Shown here one piece after another: positions 60,628 to 64,000 of a DNA stretch of 64,000 nt. The number at the start of each line of letters is the position of its first letter. Within the stretch, counting starts at the first letter, position 1. The stretch spans positions 19,912-83,911 of the forward strand of contig JBNKVM010000074.1 in assembly GCA_050299175.1 (NCBI GenBank), in the 5' to 3' direction. The notes beneath the pieces are model-generated. The model was not told where the DNA came from. It made no database searches and saw only the letters and a list, made by a program, of their open reading frames with translations. The stretch comes from Thiohalomonadaceae bacterium (GTDB lineage Bacteria; Pseudomonadota; Gammaproteobacteria; Thiohalomonadales; Thiohalomonadaceae). The translations under genes were made by a program, and so were the position numbers.

Positions 60628-61881
60628 ATGAGTCAGTTGAATCAGGTACTGCTCCATCAGGCCCATCGGGTCGGCGCCGATCTGGAGGCGTGGCTCGCCG
60701 GTGTCGGCGGTCAGGCGCTGGAAAAGGCACTGGCCGATCCACAGGCGATCATCGGCTTCGCCAAAGATGCCGATCTGCGTGGCCTCGGCGGCAGCGGTTT
60801 CCCCACCTACAAAAAGTGGGAACTGCTGGCAGCCCAGGAGACCCGCGGCGACAAATACCTCATCTGCAACGGCAACGAAGACGAGCCGGGCACCTTCAAG
60901 GACGACATCCTACTGCGCGAAACCCCGCACCAGGTAATCGAAGGCGCCACCATCACCGCCCTCGCCTGCGGCATCAACCGCATCATCTTCTACATCAACC
61001 CGGACAAGGAACAGGCCATTGAGGCCATGTACCGTGCGGTGGAACAGTGGAAAGAGTCGGAATGGTTCTCTCGCGTCGGAGAGGCGATCGGCAAAGAGTT
61101 TGAATATCGCGTCCTGCCCAGCTCCGGCCACTACATCGGCGGCGAAGAGACCGCGGCGATCGAAACGGTGGAAGGCAAAGCCTTCCCCTTCCCGCGCGGC
61201 AAACCACCCTACCCGTCCGAGTACGGCGTACACGGCTGCCCGACCCTGATCAACAACATGGAAACCATGGCCAACGTTTCGCACCTGCTGCGCAACGGCG
61301 TCGAGTGGTTCCGCAATCTGGGCCTGGGCAACGCCACCGGCACCAAGATCTACTGCCTCACCGGCGACGTGCTCTACCCCGGCGCCTACGAACTGCCGAT
61401 GGGCACACCGCTGTCGACGCTGATCAATGAATACGGCGGCGGCATGCTGCTGGATAAAGACCTCAAAGCGGTCTTCACCGGCGGCCCGTCCAACACCATC
61501 CTCACCCCGAAAGACCTCGACGTCCCGCTCGACTACGAATCCGTACGCGATCGCCACTCCAGCCTCGGCACCGGCGCAATGATCGTGATCTCCGAAGGCA
61601 CCGGCATCGTTAAGCGCGTCACCGAATACGTTAACTTCTTTGCCCACTCCTCCTGCGGCCAGTGCCCGCCGTGCAAAACCGGCACCTTCTACGCTGCGAT
61701 GCTGCTGAACAAAATCGACACTGGCCAGGGCAATCGTGCTGACCTGGAAGCGTTGGTCAATATGGTGAAGATTCTGCCCAACGCCGGGAAATGTCATCTG
61801 CTGGATGGGGCGTTAAAGGTGTTGGAAAGTTCTCTCTATCACTTTAAACACGAATATGAGCAAGCCTTAGTAAGGCAGTGA
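60628..61881 (+). CDS. NuoF/HoxF-like NAD(H)- and FMN-binding iron-sulfur protein
   Basis: GLGGSGFPTYKKW, NGNEDEPGTFKD and SCGQCPPCKTG. Confidence 0.8.
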   Translation: MSQLNQVLLHQAHRVGADLEAWLAGVGGQALEKALADPQAIIGFAKDADLRGLGGSGFPTYKKWELLAAQETRGDKYLICNGNEDEPGTFKDDILLRETPHQVIEGATITALACGINRIIFYINPDKEQAIEAMYRAVEQWKESEWFSRVGEAIGKEFEYRVLPSSGHYIGGEETAAIETVEGKAFPFPRGKPPYPSEYGVHGCPTLINNMETMANVSHLLRNGVEWFRNLGLGNATGTKIYCLTGDVLYPGAYELPMGTPLSTLINEYGGGMLLDKDLKAVFTGGPSNTILTPKDLDVPLDYESVRDRHSSLGTGAMIVISEGTGIVKRVTEYVNFFAHSSCGQCPPCKTGTFYAAMLLNKIDTGQGNRADLEALVNMVKILPNAGKCHLLDGALKVLESSLYHFKHEYEQALVRQ

Positions 61882-61887
61882 ATAAAG

Positions 61888-62253
61888 ATGCTTCGGCATA
61901 TAGCTGATAGAGCACTCTTTCTTCCAATAGCCATTGGACTGGCTTTTATCGCCATACGTTATGATTTCACATACATCGGCCTAGGAATCTTATTTGGTGT
62001 CGCACTCGTAATATATGAGTACGTAAAAGAGGGAGAAACCTACTCCCTGAAATTCGGCATTATATTTCTAGCGATAGGGATTATCGGTTTTATACTCTCC
62101 CTCTATTTTTCGTCAAAATATGGACTCTCATTTCAGGAACTCACTGACTCACGTGAATTTCCAAGATATATTCGACGGATGCCGTATTATTCAGTTTCTC
62201 TGCTTATGACTGGTATGGTCGTAGTCATATATCGCTTACTCGGCCAAAAATGA
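61888..62253 (+). CDS. hypothetical small membrane protein (start of the low-GC segment)
   Basis: 121 aa with 3-4 hydrophobic helices. Base composition becomes abruptly AT-richer from about 61885. Confidence 0.5.
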   Translation: MLRHIADRALFLPIAIGLAFIAIRYDFTYIGLGILFGVALVIYEYVKEGETYSLKFGIIFLAIGIIGFILSLYFSSKYGLSFQELTDSREFPRYIRRMPYYSVSLLMTGMVVVIYRLLGQK

Positions 62254-62287
62254 CAAAGAGGTTCAAGAATAAGCAACTCCACTCGGA

Positions 62288-62518
62288 GTCGCTTCGCGAC
62301 GTATAACTGCATATAAAGCGGGGGCTGCCCCGCATGCAGGTCACTTTCTCTTGCGCGGCCAAGAGAAAGTAACCAAAGAGAAGGCCGCCCGAAGACTTGC
62401 CGCTAACGCGGTGCCCTCCGCGCTTCGCCCGTTGAAGGGGGATGGCAGACGGGCCTCCTGCCCGACTGCCACCGCGCGCCGTCCATGGCGCGCCCCTAAC
62501 GGGCTATTCCTTCAACGG
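62288..62518. other. GC-rich hairpin-dense element (candidate structured RNA or repeat element)
   Basis: Hairpins at 62288-62300, 62307-62339 (nested) and 62343-62370 (11 bp). A three-way junction at 62429-62518 is closed by CCGTTGAAGG/CCTTCAACGG and encloses stems 62443-62471 and 62474-62493. Confidence 0.35.
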
Positions 62519-62768
62519 ACTCCAGTGCTCGGCTGCGTCTACGGGACCCAAAACCGCTTCGTTATAATCATGCCACAACCCCCACAATTGAGCCCTCCTC
62601 TCTCCCGTGCTATAACCGCAAAACACACCACAGGGAGGAAGAACAATGTTTAAGGGAACCACCCCGACGGGTCTGGAATGCTACGCATGAGGATTACCAC
62701 TGTTACGCCATTTTCAGTAATGTTTAAGTACCACTAGTAGTACGACAAAAGAATATTAGGAGCGAATA

Positions 62769-63743
62769 ATGACGGATGAACGCAAAAGTTTTGGCAGTGT
62801 GAGTCTGGTTCGCCAGGGAGATCACACATTTTATTCGCTTACACTACCTAGTGAACTCCTTGCTCATACATGCTTTGTAGTAAATCGCGAAGAAGATCCG
62901 ATCGAAGGATTTCAGAGAGAGTTAGATGAAAAACGCGCCAAAGAAATTGCATCATACATTGATAGCGGATTAGGAACGATACCAAGCTCGATTGTATTGT
63001 CAGCCCAAGAGGACGCCGATCTTAGATATGATGCGAGACGAAAAAGCATTAGCTTCAACCCAATTCCAACAGCATTTTTGATCATTGATGGACAACATCG
63101 TGTATATGGATTTATGCATGCAAGAAAGGCATTTCGTGTACCAGTTGTTATTTATGACAATTTATCAAAACGTGATGAAACTAGACTTTTTATTGACATC
63201 AACTCAAAACAGAAAGGTGTACCACCAGAGCTTCTTCTAGACATTAAAAAACTAGCCGAATACGAAAACGACCAAGAAGAATTTCTAAGGGAAATATTTG
63301 ATATTTTCCAGAAGGATGCAAACAGCAGCCTTTATGGCAAACTCTCACCCGCAAGCAAAACTAAAGGAAAGTTAACTCGCGCCACGTTTAACACTGCAAT
63401 CAAACCGCTTGTAAAAACTTTTGGAGGCAAAAGCGAGGCGGAAATTTATGAGATATTGAACAGCTATTTCATCTCATTTAATGAGGCTATTTTATTAAGA
63501 CATGACGCCCAAGATCAAATGATTAACACCACATTCTTCAAAGCAATGTGCGGATTTTTCCCGATCGTCGCCGCAAAAGTTAAGGATAGATTTGGTGCAA
63601 TATATGATGCTGACAACTTTTATCATTTTCTTGACATAATTGGCGAATCAATAAAGTCAGGAAAGCTTAAAACCATAGGAACGGCATACAAGCCTTTAGT
63701 TAAGACTCTCGAAGAATGTTTAAAGGATGAGTTTACGCTGTGA
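62769..63743 (+). CDS. DGQHR-domain (DndB-like / ParB-fold) protein
   Basis: FLIIDGQHRVYGF motif, an upstream FQRELDEKRAKEIASYI and LFIDINSKQKGV. The gene is low in GC. Confidence 0.7.
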   Translation: MTDERKSFGSVSLVRQGDHTFYSLTLPSELLAHTCFVVNREEDPIEGFQRELDEKRAKEIASYIDSGLGTIPSSIVLSAQEDADLRYDARRKSISFNPIPTAFLIIDGQHRVYGFMHARKAFRVPVVIYDNLSKRDETRLFIDINSKQKGVPPELLLDIKKLAEYENDQEEFLREIFDIFQKDANSSLYGKLSPASKTKGKLTRATFNTAIKPLVKTFGGKSEAEIYEILNSYFISFNEAILLRHDAQDQMINTTFFKAMCGFFPIVAAKVKDRFGAIYDADNFYHFLDIIGESIKSGKLKTIGTAYKPLVKTLEECLKDEFTL

Positions 63744-64000
63744 AGTCAGCAATTACCAACGTATTGGTTCCACAATCCAATATAGAAATATTTGGCTGCA
63801 CCAGAAAAACTGCTGTTGATGTAAAAGGCTGGGTAGCCAACCAACACTATTTGGTAGATGACGATTTAGAATCTGGCCATTTTACTGTCAGAACTACTGA
63901 TATTAGCTATCTGCAGGCAGCCTATGCTAACGACTGCAATCGCATGGCAATGGCCGCTATTGAAACAGCCGCAGGACTTCAAATTGACCCCACGATGAAC
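63740..64000 (+). CDS. partial CDS, unknown function, translationally coupled to the DGQHR gene
   Basis: A GTG at 63740 overlaps the TGA of the upstream gene (GTGA). The frame is open to the window end (VKSAITNVLVPQSNIEIFGC...). It is absent from the ORF track because no stop lies within the window. Confidence 0.5.
   Translation, partial: MKSAITNVLVPQSNIEIFGCTRKTAVDVKGWVANQHYLVDDDLESGHFTVRTTDISYLQAAYANDCNRMAMAAIETAAGLQIDPTMN

Noticed and set aside
62351-62653. 100-aa ORF (MRGQEKVTKEKAARRLAANAV...)
   Set aside because: It coincides with the hairpin-dense GC-rich element and is Arg/Ala/Pro-rich and low in complexity. It is most likely a by-product of base composition.

Overview
This 64 kb, GC-rich window looks like chromosome from a gammaproteobacterial, sulfur-oxidising diazotroph. 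That organism guess is inferred from gene content only. All homology calls rest on motifs I recognised by eye in the ORF translations; no database search was run.

Contents from left to right:
- The 3' end of a dsr operon (dsrN-like, then a Cys-less IscA-like dsrR), followed by a NarX/NarL-type two-component pair.
- A housekeeping block: mtnP, hpt, nagZ, an L,D-transpeptidase, a CYTH protein, rlmD, cysM, an Hpt protein and fbaB.
- An envelope/redox block: an L,D-transpeptidase, an Omp85-like barrel, a 16-heme cytochrome c and a His-rich membrane protein.
- A minus-strand nifENX operon extended by DUF269-like, DUF683-like, fdxB, 2Fe-2S ferredoxin and DUF364-like genes. It has a clear NifA-UAS and sigma-54 promoter.
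- About 15 kb of non-nif cargo: cfa, a GATase, HiPIP, an SBP plus GGDEF-EAL pair, a LolA-like/FtsX/ABC/OMP operon with a divergent TetR, and modE-modABC with a Mo-box-like palindrome.
- A minus-strand nifHDKT-fdx-nifY operon with four poorly characterised tail genes.
- A divergent draT followed by a SIR2-like gene and a four-Cys gene that have their own NifA-UAS/sigma-54 promoter. No draG is visible in the window.
- Two tandem bacteriohemerythrins, then tRNA-Pro(GGG) with a duplicated 3' end plus terminator.
- The conserved thrS-infC-rpmI-rplT-pheST-ihfA-merR block.
- An SdhB-like/SdhA-like/NuoF-like operon with no membrane anchor.
- A low-GC island holding a hairpin-dense GC-rich element and a DGQHR (DndB-like) gene whose overlapping partner is cut by the window end.

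I saw no CRISPR array, rRNA, transposase or integrase.

The most interesting candidate is the nif-regulated SIR2-like/four-Cys module sitting where draG is normally expected, beside draT.
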